Positions 1-13,212 of a DNA stretch of 64,000 bases are shown in pieces. A program made the position numbers and the translations under genes. The DNA comes from Eledone cirrhosa (Eukaryota). Position 1 is the stretch's first letter, and each line of letters begins with the position of its first letter. The notes beneath the pieces are model-generated. The model saw only the letters and a list, made by a program, of their open reading frames with translations. It had not been told where the DNA came from and did no database searches. The stretch is taken from positions 162,068,001 to 162,132,000 of the forward strand of contig OZ024740.1 in the NCBI GenBank assembly GCA_964016885.1, in the 5' to 3' direction.

Positions 1-230
1 GCACCAAAAGGGGTATTTAAATCCAATACTTTAACAACTCTAACTCTTAAGTAATCCTCAAACAGAATCAACATGACACATGGATAGATTTTAAATTGGG
101 TGACAGGGTAGTGATTGTAGGTGTTTATTTTCAGTTGTATTTTTAATATGGAAGGCTAAGATGACCATGAATGAGAGTAACCGAACAAAAATGACAATAA
201 ACATTTACTGACATGGTGGCACCTGTAATT

Positions 231-406
231 GTGGTTGATGTTAGGCAAGGCATCCAGGTGTAAAAACCCAGGCCAAACTTACAGTCCGGTCAGAGCAAGG
301 TACGGCATGGGCAACCCTACCCAGACTTGTCCCTTGGCGTGGATGACCCATTTGACCTACGCAAGCATGGAAAAATGGACGTTAAATGGTAAACAATAAT
401 GATGAT
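231..406 (+). repeat. Solo 3' end of the RTEX-like LINE family (AAGGGCATCCAG...GGACGTTAAA + (ATG)n tail)
   Basis: Matches the 3' UTR/tail of the intact element at about 55135-55296. Further copies lie near 520-575, 6230-6330, 9825-9985, 11347-11495(-), 15793-15955, 26135-26215 and 28850-28960. Confidence 0.8.
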
Positions 407-415
407 ATATGTATG

Positions 416-451
<36 letters not shown>

Positions 452-715
452 TACCATTCCAAAATGGAACATATGAGCGAGACATGGTCATCTGACATGT
501 CAAATCTCAGAAAGTGACAACCCATTCAAACCATGCTAGTGTGGAAAAAGCATGTAAAGCAATGATGATGATGATGAGACAAAAAGAAGACAGGAAGAAA
601 TGATGAACCACACAAGTGGGATGATAAGGAACTACTACAATTAGTGGGGCACTACACTGTAGAAAGTCCATCTTATCCACGCAAGTGTGGAGAAACAGAT
701 AGATTATTATTAATA

Positions 716-751
716 CTAGCAGAAAAATCACCCTCGGGTGGTTTCTGCTAG
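716..751. repeat. 36-bp palindrome with CTAG at both ends, Helitron 3'-end-like
   Basis: CTAGCAGAAAAATCACC-CTCG-GGTGGTTTCTGCTAG. A near-identical copy at 46077-46113 directly abuts a Helitron 5' end. Confidence 0.6.
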
Positions 752-1200
752 CATGTGTAGTGTGTATATTGATATTATACGCATGTAGATATGATACATC
801 AAATAAAATCATAATTGAAAATATACACAGAAATTGAACAAAGTCTGTGTTACATTGTCTTATGTAATCAGTAACATAATCCATGATACATTAAAAAAAG
901 ACGATATTATATATAAACTACATTAGGAGAAAATTAGTGACGGAAATATATGAATATTTATTTAAACGATCGCTAACCGGAAGTGTTGACATTTGAAAAT
1001 TTTAAAGAAGTGAATCTTTAAATAAGTAAGTAATAAAATATATTTAATGAACATCCACAAAATTTAGTAGATACATTATGTAATATTCATTCATTATTTA
1101 TTCAAAGTAATCCAACTTATTTTACAAAGGGGATAAAAAATTATAAACCGTTCGCAGTCCCGCACTTATTACTTTATTATAGTTTAGATTATTATTATGA

Positions 1201-1368
1201 TGTATCGGTAGAGAGTCGGACACCATGCTTTGCAGCATAGAGTCCTTTATGGTCTGAGTTCAAATCCCGCTGAGGTAACTTTGCTTTCATCCTTACGGGG
1301 TCGATAAAATAAAGTACCAGTAATGCACTAGGTAATTGCTGGCCTTGTGCCAAAAGTAGAAACAATTA
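1201..1368 (+). mobile_element. tRNA-derived SINE with Deu/Nin-like central domain
   Basis: B-box GAGTTCAAATCC followed by CTTTCATCCTTACGGGGTCGATAAAATAAAGTACCAG. Same subfamily as 18552-18728(-) and 45061-45251. Confidence 0.8.
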
Positions 1369-1896
1369 ATATTATTATGATGATGACTAGAAACAAGAAG
1401 AATTTAAACACACTCAGCTCATATTTCCACCAACTCAATAAGCATTTGTCTAAATCTGAAAGTTACAAAGTGAAATACACTAAAAACCTACTACATTTAA
1501 TGTTAAGCTTATTAAATGTTGCTTTGCATCACAAAAATACAAAATATAAAAGTAAACAAATGTATATAAAAATGACTTAAGTAGGGATTAGCAGGAGGAT
1601 GAATGATAGGCAGATTAAGCTTATCTAACAAACTCTTACATACGTTTTAGGAGAGTAATAGTAGCAAACTTGCCTGAAAAGTACCATAATGTGTGAATTC
1701 AATATTACATACACTACAGAATTGATGTATACAAGGGTAAAGAAGGAGAAGAAAAAAGAGTACTCAATAGAGTGATATAATTTATTAGAAAACGAACTTC
1801 ACAAATCTTTACTACAAGTATGCATACATACATATATGTCCAACCCTTGCTAGCAGGGAAAGCAGGTGTTAAACAATGATGATAAATATATATATA

Positions 1897-2960
1897 TTCT
1901 TCTTCACTCACTTATTCCTGAGAGGGTGGCGGGTACAGAGTCCTCAAACACTCATTCCAGCAGGTCCTGTCAGAAGCAAATCTCCAACTGATTCAGCTGG
2001 ATCCCCAAGCGAGACCAACCAAGCTCATGGATGTTATCCAACCATCTAGCCTAGGTTTCCTGCTGGTTCTTTCTTGAGACATTCTAAGCACATGCCCCTA
2101 GTATTGGAGCTGTGATCTCTCAATTCAGAGAAGTAGCAGCTGTACCTGGAGAGACTCTCTGTTCTTCAAGCTATGCACTCTATCAAGTAACGTTACTCCA
2201 AAGACCTTTCAGAGGAACTCCATTTTGGCCACTTTGTGTTCATGGTCATATTCTCTGTCATTACTCAAGATTCATGAAGGGTTGGCATGAATACGGAATT
2301 GAAGATAGCTATTTTGACTTTTACACCTACCTGACGCTGGCACATTTCTGTACTAGCTCCTGCAATTCTTGCACTTAATTCAGCCACCTACCTACCATCA
2401 CTTGTAAACATGGTCCCGAGATGCTTGAACTTCTCTACCTGCTTCAGTGGAACTCCATTTATATGTAGAGTACACTGCGCAGGCTTTCTTGAGAGGATGA
2501 GTGTCTCAGTTTTTGCAGCACTGTTTTTCATTCCAGCCATGCAGCACTCAGCATCAAACCTATCAAGCACAAGTCAGAGATCACCTTCTGTCAAGTTAAG
2601 TAACACCATGTCCTCTGCAAATTCCAGCCAACTAATTTTACACCCGCCAATCATGAAACCCCTTCTAACCTGGCTGCGCATGTCAATCTTATGCATGTAA
2701 ATGATGAACAGAAGAGGTGACAGTACACACCCTTGGCAGAATCCAACCCCCATATTGAATGGCTTTGATTTAGCACCATTTATCCAAACAAAAATACTCG
2801 GGCAATCGTATAGATACATGAGAGCAGCAAGGTCCCGAGGTACATAATCATATACCTTTCCAAGATCAACAAAACCACAATATACGTCTTGGCAATACTT
2901 CCACGGTTTCTCAAAGACCTGAGGCAGTGTGAATATTTGGTTGGCATCAACTAGCTTGGA
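1897..2960 (-). mobile_element. Decayed RTE-clade LINE, 3' part (RT)
   Basis: ORF pieces FVDLGKVYD, QGCVLSPLLFIIYM, LEFAEDMVL (degenerate YADD) and VEKFKHLG. Same family as 26940-28770(+) and 20150-20350. Confidence 0.85.
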
Positions 2961-2962
2961 CT

Positions 2963-4437
2963 CGACTAGAAAACTAGGAGTAGATGAGTGGCTTGTGAAG
3001 GCTGTACAAGGCACGTATAGAGGAGCAGTGAGGAAATTTAGGATTAACAATGACTAGTGAAGAATTTAGCATGCAGGTGAGTGTCCACCAGGGCTCTGTT
3101 GTTAGCTCTCTCCTGTTTATTATTGTCCTACAAGCTGTAACAGAAGAGTTTAAGACTGTCCATAGGAACTTCTGTATGCAGATGATCTAACCCTTAAACT
3201 ATGGCAGAATTAGAGAAGAAATTCCAAACCTAGAATCCAAACACCTTAAGGTTAACTTGTCAAAGACTAAAGTCCTAGTATGTTGAAAGGAAAACAGGGC
3301 TCAGATTCCCTCAAGGAAATGGTCTTGTTCAGTGTGCAGCTAAGGTGTAGGTAGAAATTCCATCTTATGCCCCAAATGCAAGCTATGGGTATACAAAAGA
3401 TGTAGTGGGATCACAGGAATGCTATCAAAGAACGCATGTTTTATATGTGGCCAAGCACAGTTGCAGTAAGTAGCAAGAGCCCACAGGATAATAGCTCCAT
3501 TCAATTCCCCAGAGGATTCTGTAGAAATGGTCAACAGTTTCTGTTACCTGAGTGACCAAATTAGTAGTGGAGGAGGGTGTTCTAAAAGTACAGTAGCCAG
3601 AATAAGAACAGGTTAGAGAAAGTTCAGGGAGTTACTACCGCTGCATGCTACAAAATGAAGGGCAGATTGTATGATGCATGTACACGAACAACAATGTTGC
3701 ATTGTAGTGAAATCTGGGCGATTAAATGAACTGAGAGAGAAACTGTGCATAAGAGGGATCAGATGCAGTGTGCAAGAGAGGAGATTACATTAGTATGGCC
3801 ATGTGATGCATTTGAAGGATGACAGCTGTATAAAATGGTGCAGGGCAATCAAAGTTGATGGAGGCTATGGAGTTTGAAGACTTAGGAAGACCTGGGATGA
3901 GGTTATAAAAGCTGACCTTGTACAATTGCACCTTTCAAAGGTGATGACACAGGATCGAGACCATTGGTGTTATGCAATAATGCAGAAGACCTGACTTCTC
4001 ATGCACACGGGTTGAAGTATACATCTAGTATGCACCACTTAACCCCTCCTCCATCCATACAACTCCCACCCACATCCTAATCACCACACCTTTACCCAGT
4101 CCAAACTGTAGACTTGTTATTTTGGTGCCATAACTAAAAGTGCCCAGTCCACACTTTAAAATGGTTGTGTTGGTATCAAGACAAAATCACTCAGCCCACA
4201 CTGTAAGATGGTCATTATGGTGCCATGGCAAAATGCCCCCAGTCACACTGTAAAGTGGTTGTATAGGTGTCATGACAAAGCAACCAGCACACACTGCAAA
4301 TGTGGTTGGCATTAGGAAGGGCATCCAGCCTTAGAAACCAAGCCATAAACAGTTCTGTATGAGCAAGACACTGTCACCTGACCTATCATGTCTCACCCAT
4401 GCTAGTGTGGAAAATAAACATTAAAGGATGATGATGA
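2963..4437 (+). mobile_element. Decayed 5'-truncated RTEX-like LINE
   Basis: Colinear with 53735-55296 (KLGVDEWLV, YADDL, PHD region, RLHWYGHV). Ends in about 50-bp subterminal tandem repeats and an (ATG)n tail. Confidence 0.9.
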
Positions 4438-4540
4438 TATATTTATACAAAATTAAGGATGGTTTTCCAAGGGGGATCAGAAAAAAAGCCCACATTTAAT
4501 AAGGTACTCACTATATTAGTAGAGAAGAAACATATTTTTT

Positions 4541-4618
4541 TTATATAGAAATGACTTCTACAGGACTAGAACTGTTTCATTTGTAAGTTCTAGTCTTGTA
4601 GAAGACATTGCTATATAA
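4541..4618. repeat. Short inverted repeat, probably a Penelope-like terminal-repeat remnant
   Basis: TATATAGAAATGACTTCTACAGGACTAGAAC pairs with GTTCTAGTCTTGTAGAAGACATTGCTATATA. Confidence 0.55.
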
Positions 4619-4933
4619 AATGAAATATATTGATTTTAATTAATCTTTTACTTATTTCTGTCATTAGACTCTGGCCATGCTGGGGCATTATATTGAGGGA
4701 ATTTAGTTAATTATATTGACGCCGGTACTTGCTTTGTGTCTACAAAACAAGACTCTGGAATTTGCTGTCAAAACGGTGGTAGCTTAACCACTGGGCCCTA
4801 ATTCTCTAATATACTTGAATCCTACTATCCCAAGTATCAAGTCCTCTGCTGAATAATGGTATTACTAATTTAAAACCATTAATTTAAAACCTGATCTATA
4901 TATATATAATAGAATGTACATCTAAAACATTAA

Positions 4934-5140
4934 CACTTTAGCAATTACATTACGCTATATTAACTATTGTATTTTCATGGTAAAAGCTTTATCTCACATA
5001 ACATCGAATCTATGAGATTTTGATATTATTTATTTTCAGAACAATACTTTAATTTTGGATGAACAGCAAGTTACGGCCGGTTTCAATAGAAAGAGGTAAG
5101 AGAATTTGGGCTGGATACGGCTGGTTAAAATGTTAAAGGG
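4934..5140. mobile_element. piggyBac-like MITE
   Basis: TTAA on both sides. TIRs CACTTTAGCA...TGTTAAAGGG. Second copy at 8532-8738. Confidence 0.8.
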
Positions 5141-5544
5141 TTAAACATTAACTTTATGTTTTAAGTAGAAAGTGTCATTGACTTCAGAGGTTCTCTCTAC
5201 CAAATTTCACTTACAAGGCATTACTTAGTGCAGTCAAAAATATTTTTGAATAGTGATTGTTTACTAAATTTTCACCGAAACTGGTTTGTTTACAACAGAC
5301 GCTATTGATGAATGGTCAAAGTATAGAGTCATTATGTTATTTTTACTCAGCAATCAGTATTGCATCCTATATGCAGTGCTTGTTTAGAGCAACCAGTATC
5401 AGTAAAACTTCAATATCAACAATCACTATTCTATGTGTATGTGTACATACCTTCCCTGATCGAAGACTATAAATGCGACGACACAACAGTGACTGCCCTT
5501 CTAGAAACCAATAGCAATAAAACTTCTAAGTAAACAAGTACTAT

Positions 5545-6142
<598 letters not shown>

Positions 6143-6580
6143 GATGATAGGGACTGGGGTCCATATCATTCCACTGAAAAGTGGTCGTGGAGGTGCCACG
6201 GCAAAAAAGCACCCAGCACTCACTGTAAATGAGGTTGGTGTTAGAAAGGGCATCCAGCTGTAGAAATCAAGCCAGAATCAGTTCCCGTCCCACCCTTGCA
6301 AGCAGGGAAAAGCGGACGTAAAATGAAATGGAAATGGAATGGAATATATATAGAATAGCTTTCACCGTATTTTTTAACTAAAGAAATGTTAGTCTGATAA
6401 TGGTTTTTAGAACCCTCAGATAAATGGAAAAAGATGAGTATCGATGTACATGTACATCGATACTCATCTTTTTCGGTGAAAGTTATTCTATTTTCTAATT
6501 TCAAACCTGCTCACTGTTTCAAAACATATTTATAAGCAGGGAAAAGCGGACGTAAAATGATGATGATGATGATATGATGA

Positions 6581-6631
<51 letters not shown>

Positions 6632-8531
6632 TATATGATGAAATGATGATGATATATATATATATATATAATGATGATGATGGCTACATGATTTCAAGTA
6701 ATGCTATTACTTGATACTTAAGCATACTTAAGCACGAGCAGCACGGACATGGCTTTTTAGTCCTTCTAGGGACTTGCACACTCTTACATAGATGTTGCAA
6801 CAATGTGGGCCTCTCGCAGTAGGAGTTAGAAATTCCTTGTTTCCCTTGGTCATTATGTGGTATTGCCTTTTTCGGCTATGGCCAGCCATGCCATGCATAA
6901 TATATAATTTTTGTTTTTATTTAGATTCTTACAACACAGCTATGATGATTCAGCAAAGTTGGTAGTTCAATGAAGTTTAGTGTGCTACCAATTACCTTTG
7001 CTGAAACATCCATGCCTCTATTGTAAGAAATGGAATAAATCAAAATAGATATATTCTATTATCAATATTAAGTCCTGCTTTCTTTGTGGACTCACAAGAT
7101 CACTAAATCTGAACAAATATGTTTAGAAAGAAGCACCGTAACATTTGACTAAATATAATAGGAAAAAGATGGGTATCAGAACATGTGTGCTGATACCGAT
7201 CATTTTCTATTCAGTGGGTTTATACGCCCTGTTATTAGACTTTTATGTTTAGTCAAATGTTACAGCAAAGCCTTTTATTTCAATTATATATATATATATG
7301 AGAGAGGGATGGGGGGGGGGGTACAAGTGTGTTCATATCAGTTATTCATATATGAGCAATATAAGTTCTCAGATAGAAAACTACAATTGCAAGCACCAAC
7401 CCCTCAATCAACTTGTAACTATTGAAAGCCACCTAGATGTCTACTCAAGCGATGTTGTCTCTCTAAGGTAGTTGTATACGGAGAAAACCTAATATTTCTG
7501 GGCAGTTCTGAGAAGAGTTATGCTGGCCTTATTGCAAGTCACTTCCCTCAGTTTCTCCATTCTAGAAGAACCAGTTAAAATTCCGATGTCTTGTGATTAA
7601 CAAGTTTTCCAATAACATGGAATATCATTGTTATGGTCAAGTCATACATCAATGAAGCAAAGAATTGTAGCCTTTACATGAATAGTTGAAGCTATTTGCA
7701 GAATCTTTTAACAGAAGATCAGAAGTATTGCCTAATTGTCAACATTGGCAGAGGTTCCTTTGAGCAAACTTTCAAAATATCCAGATGCTAAAACTTCACA
7801 ACCCACAGAAATTGGCTCTAGAATATCAGCTTCAGCCACACCAAGTAATTGCCCTTCAAAGCAGCAACCTTGAAATGCCTAGTTCAAGAACAGTGCTCAA
7901 CATACTACAAGTTCGACTGCATCACCAACCTTAACTTATGAGTACTGACTTTACAAATGCATCTATGCACATCTCATCTCATTTATCATTTTCCACAGTA
8001 CCATATGAAGGATTGGAGTTAGATACCTTGCATGTAAGACACGGTGCAATGATGGGTGACTTCACAGTTTTCTAATAAATATGTGTATGTGTATGTGATA
8101 CACATACAAACACATATATGCATGTGTTCATGTTTAAAATGATGCATAAACTGAAAGAGTGTATGGTAGAAGGGAATCTTTGGTTCTATCAAGAGCTTGA
8201 CAATTTCATTCGTCTTGGCACTACAATAAAAGCACCCGGTACACTCTTTAAAGTGGTTAGTATTAGGAAAGGCATCCATCCAACTGTAGAATTGATGCCA
8301 AACTATGGATCATATGAGCAAGTGGTGGTTCTCCAACTATGTTTTGTCTCAGATCAGGAATGAGCCAAAGTGATGCAAACACATACAATGATAGTATGTC
8401 ACACCAAATTCTTGAGTATTTTCAAAATGAATAACAATACATAAGCAAAGAATATGGTCACAAAAGTTTCTTCTGTAGCTTAAATGAAACAGCAATTGGG
8501 ATCAAACAAATTTTACATCCTTCCATCTTCA

Positions 8532-8738
8532 CCCTTTAGCATTTACATAACTCTATATTTATTATTGTATTTTCATGGTAAAGGTTTTATCTCACATAAT
8601 ATTGAATCTATGAGATTTTGATATTATTTATTTTGAGAACAATGCCTTAACACCAGTATGAGTGGCCAGTTACAGCCAGTTTGAACAGAAAGAGGTGAGA
8701 GAATCTGGCTGGATACAGCCGTTTTAATTGCTAAAGGG
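8532..8738. mobile_element. piggyBac-like MITE (second copy)
   Basis: TIRs CCCTTTAGCA...TGCTAAAGGG followed by TTAA. Aligns end to end with 4934-5140. Confidence 0.8.
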
Positions 8739-10107
8739 TTAAAGGATATTTACCAACTGTTCTCTTTAATATCACAAGATAATTAGCAATGGATAAAGAG
8801 GAAGAATTCAATTAAAAACATTTTGCTATAAGGCAGTAAGTTCAGGAGAATAAATACTTGTATGGAACCAAGGATAGAAGGAACAAAAACAATATTAATT
8901 TCTGTCATTGACATTAATTAGTTATATTTTTATTGTCATATATATTTAATATTTAATTAAATAAGCATAAAGAATAATTAGTTAATTTTTATCACCATAT
9001 ATCAAATATTTGATTTAAGGGATATAAATTAAAGGATTGTATAAAATAAGAATTAGACTATAAATATATATTGAAAGAGTTAATTGAAACGAAATACAAA
9101 GATTTATGCAAATAGTCCTTCACACAGACACATCTATAGTAAATTTCCATATATGAAATATTTTAGTGTTGTTATACTACTGTGAAACATTTATATCTAG
9201 ATTGTACTTTTATAAGTTAGGTTATTCTTAGATATACATCAGAATAAGCTTGACTTATTTTTAGATTTTTAGATACCTCTTTTAGATTCATGGCATTTAT
9301 TCAACGGGTAACTGCTGTTGTCTTTTAAATGGTGAATCCATTTCTTTGATAACACAGTTTGCAACATTATTAAGTTTTCCTCATCATTGCAATTTAAATA
9401 CTGAAATTACGAAAACTACATTTACAAAAATACTTATTTCAATAGCAATTGTTTAATAGATGTTGAAGTATTCTGCAAAAATATGCCCCCTGTCCAAACT
9501 AGCTTTCATAACCCTTTTGAGATTTCTTTCACATTCTGATGATATAAAACGGCCTATTTGTAAGTGTACATATTTATATTGAAACTGACCATCAAAATTT
9601 CATACATTTGATCTAAACACCAGTTTAATGAAAACCTTAGTTAATCAAAACACATAGGTAGTATGTAACATGTCCAGGCTTTAGTGTTAGCAGCATGATA
9701 AAAATTGCAACTAGTATACTCTGTAAAATGGTTGGTGATCACACATGGATAACATAGGGTAGAGAAGACTCACTAGGCTTCTTGAGCATGTCCCACAATA
9801 TAATACACCCAGTATACTTTATAAAGTTGTTGGTATTAGGATGGACATTCAGCTATAGAAATCATGTGAAAAACAGAAACATATAAGCATCATCTGGTCC
9901 TACAACTTGTCTGAGAAAGAAACCTTGCATAAGAACTGGCTCGGACAAGAAAGCAGATATAAAACAGTGATGACAATGATGATGTAGATTATTTCATTTG
10001 TAATAAGAAAGTTAACTAAGATTACACTAAACTTTTCATAAATTAATAAATATCAATTTCCATTTTTGCTTGTTAGTTCAGTTTAGCTTGTATTATTTTT
10101 TAAAAGC

Positions 10108-10296
10108 TGTGGATTGGCAGTATCGGCAGAGCTCGGACATCATGCTTTGCGGTATAGAGTTACATGCAGCCCTTTACATTCTGAGTTCAAATCCTGCAGA
10201 GGTTAACTTTGCCTTCCATCCTTACAGGGTCGATAAAATAAAGAACCGGTAACACACTAGGGTCGATTTAATCGACTTTCCCCTCTCCCCAAATTG
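10108..10296 (+). mobile_element. tRNA-derived SINE (Deu/Nin-like domain)
   Basis: B-box GAGTTCAAATCC plus the GCCTTCCATCCTTACAGGGTCGATAAAAT core. Older copies lie near 14390-14530(-), 14840-15060, 17335-17570, 18740-18930(-) and 20380-20680. Confidence 0.8.
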
Positions 10297-13078
10297 CTTT
10301 TTAAAAGCTGAATTGAAAGTCTTGCCTTACACTTCCTTGAAGACACATCAGGAAATAATACTAGGTTATATATCTAGTAATGTGTTAAACTAACTCATTG
10401 CTAAGTACAGTGATTTGAAATAAAAGATTACTAATCCAGTTAGGTTAAATATGCCTTGGTTAATCTAATCTTTACACTACTTATAAGAAGACTGCAATTA
10501 AAAATAATGACAGTTAGTAAATTAATCTGTCATAATACATATCTGATACTAAATAGACAGTGTTAAGAATGGAATTCTGGGTAGACATTTCAGCATAAAC
10601 AAAAAAGTAAACATTTCAATGACAATTATCATTTGATTTTTTTAATGCAAATAATTATAATTCTCACTCTAAAGTTCACCATGATAACAGAAAATTTGAT
10701 TAAAAAAAAAAAACATACTATTTTTTCCTAGTTTTTATTTTTTATTACAATCATCTACTTTTCTATACTAGCATGGTGTTGGATGAGATTTTTTGAAGCA
10801 GTATTTTATGGCCAGATGTCCTTCCTGGTGTCAACCCTAAAATTTTTCAGCATGGTACCCTTCAGAACACCAAGCCAATGGGACAAATGACACCAGCGTT
10901 TTTTTTGTTTTATTTTTTAGCAGTATCAATGTGAAAGCTGACAGGAAAAGCATACATATGCATTTAAACATATGTACACATATACACAGTCACACACACA
11001 TTTATGAATTCCTGCATAGTATCAATTTAATGAATTTCACTCACCATATATTGATCAGCCCAAAATGCCATGCTGTGGGACCAAACCCAAAACATTGTTG
11101 TAAAGCAAACTTCTTAACCATGCAGTCATATATATATTATTTTGCCAATGAATATTGAATATCCCTCCCATTTTTAATATATATCTACAATTTTAATGAG
11201 TATACAAAGATAAATATTTATATTTTTCAATATACTACATAATTAGCCATTATGATACCATCCTGACATCCCCTGAACTGTCTTTAATTCTATGAAACAA
11301 ACCACCCATTTTAAAAGATTCCTATTTAAGTTAAAACCTTCCAATATATCATCATCATCATTGTTTAGCGTCCATCTTCCACACTAGCATGGGTTAGACG
11401 GGAGTTGTCCCACTTGAGGCAAGGTTGGTCGGGTGACCATGTCTCGCTCGTATAGGGCTATCTGGCAGGTTTTCTACGGCTGGATGCCCTTCCTAATATA
11501 TTTTTGCCTTTTGTTCAGTTATATTACAAATACCTTCCTAATGAAAAAATTTATAATTTCAGTAAATCTCTCCAAATTCCTCATTAATTAATTCAATTAC
11601 TGTGCATTTCATTAAAAATGTGACAATTAAAGGGTTATTACACAGGTACAACAGATTTTCCAACTGATGATCTGACATCTATTTTTATCCAGTTATGATT
11701 ATAGGTTGACACTTGAATATCCTGCAATCTATCATGGCACTAGATTTAATTTTAAACATTTGCACTTTTGTATATCTTTAGCCAACAAACACATTTAATT
11801 TTCCTAACCAAATCTTCCTTTGACATGCTAAAAATAGCAGCCAAACCGCCTACAAATCCCATCAAACCATTTTAAAATAGTGAAGGATTTTTTAGATAAT
11901 GTTGTCTCAGATACCATAACAAAAGATGGGAGCTTCTATGTAGCTAAATCTCTCCAAATTCATATTATTGTTTTGGACAAATTGGATAAATGTAGTTCTA
12001 AATACTAGAAGAAAGTTATGGGATGGTTATGGTTGGAAGGTTTTTAATCATAAGTCTATCTGCTAATTCAGGACCAGCCTGAAGGTAAGTTAAGCACTGA
12101 AGTCAATTCCATCAGTTGTACTTTTTTTACAGACTTCGGCAAATCATATGACTAACTAAATGCCAATTTTTTAAAAATCAACCAATCAATAAATCAATCA
12201 CTCAACCAACAATCAAGGGTAATAAAACACATCATAACTGAATAGTTTTCATTGAAACTGACTGGTTAAGTCAAACTTTTCATGCAATGTAGGTCAGTCA
12301 ATAATAAATACAGTGGCAAATCAAATTAGTGGAAATTATAATAACTAAGTACTGTTAGTTCTCACTGTAAACAAATATAGATTGCTTATTCAGCAAATAT
12401 ATATTGTGAGTATATATTTGCCTATAATTTTCAAATAATTTTGAAAATAACTTACTTTGTTATTAATAAGCTGGTCTTTGGAATGTAACATAAAAGGTTC
12501 TTACATAAAAATATAAGAGGTTTTAATGTAAAAATGGACAGTTTTAACATAGAACCAGGGTCAGTTTCAGGTAGTTTAATATCAAACAGATTATATTGTT
12601 GTTGGTGGTGTTGAGCAACATGGTCAGTTCTGATCAAACAGGCAGACCTCATGATTAAAGACTTAAGCATTCAGTCTTTTTGTATGGCAAATCAAAATAA
12701 AGATGTTTCTAATAGTCATAAACAAAAATAATTGAATTCTCTATGGTTATATTTGGCTAAAATGAGTTATAATTTTGCTCATGCTCAAACACTATACATA
12801 GTGTTTTGAGAAAAAAATATATATATTTTCATATATGTAGATTTCATTCACCAAAAAGAATAAATAAAAGGTAAAAAGAAAATGTAACTTCATATAAATG
12901 CTATAAGCATTCACTGTTGTCTCGGCAGATGACAACAATTGTATGTGTGTATATGTGTTTGTGTGCACATCACTGTAGTGCCCATTTCTCTCTTTTTATC
13001 TATCACTTGCTCAGCATGTATACTCCTTCTTCAACACATTAATTTTCTTTCTCTCCTTCCATCTCTATATGTTGTCAC

Positions 13079-13212
13079 ATATTTCATCAAACCTATGAAT
13101 CAACATACATTGGTTATTATATATTAGAAATAATAGCTCATTGGAATATTTCATCAAACCTATGAATCAACATACATTGGTTATTATATATTAGAAATAA
13201 TAACTCATTGGA
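13079..13212. repeat. 67-bp tandem duplication
   Basis: Two near-identical adjacent units ATATTTCATCAAACC...CTCATTGGA. Confidence 0.9.

Noticed and set aside
7540-7900. Non-repetitive stretch resembling coding sequence
   Set aside because: The frames read contain stops and no motif was recognised.
12452-12670. 72-aa ORF with HHQQQ as a possible host exon
   Set aside because: No recognisable domain or convincing splice context.
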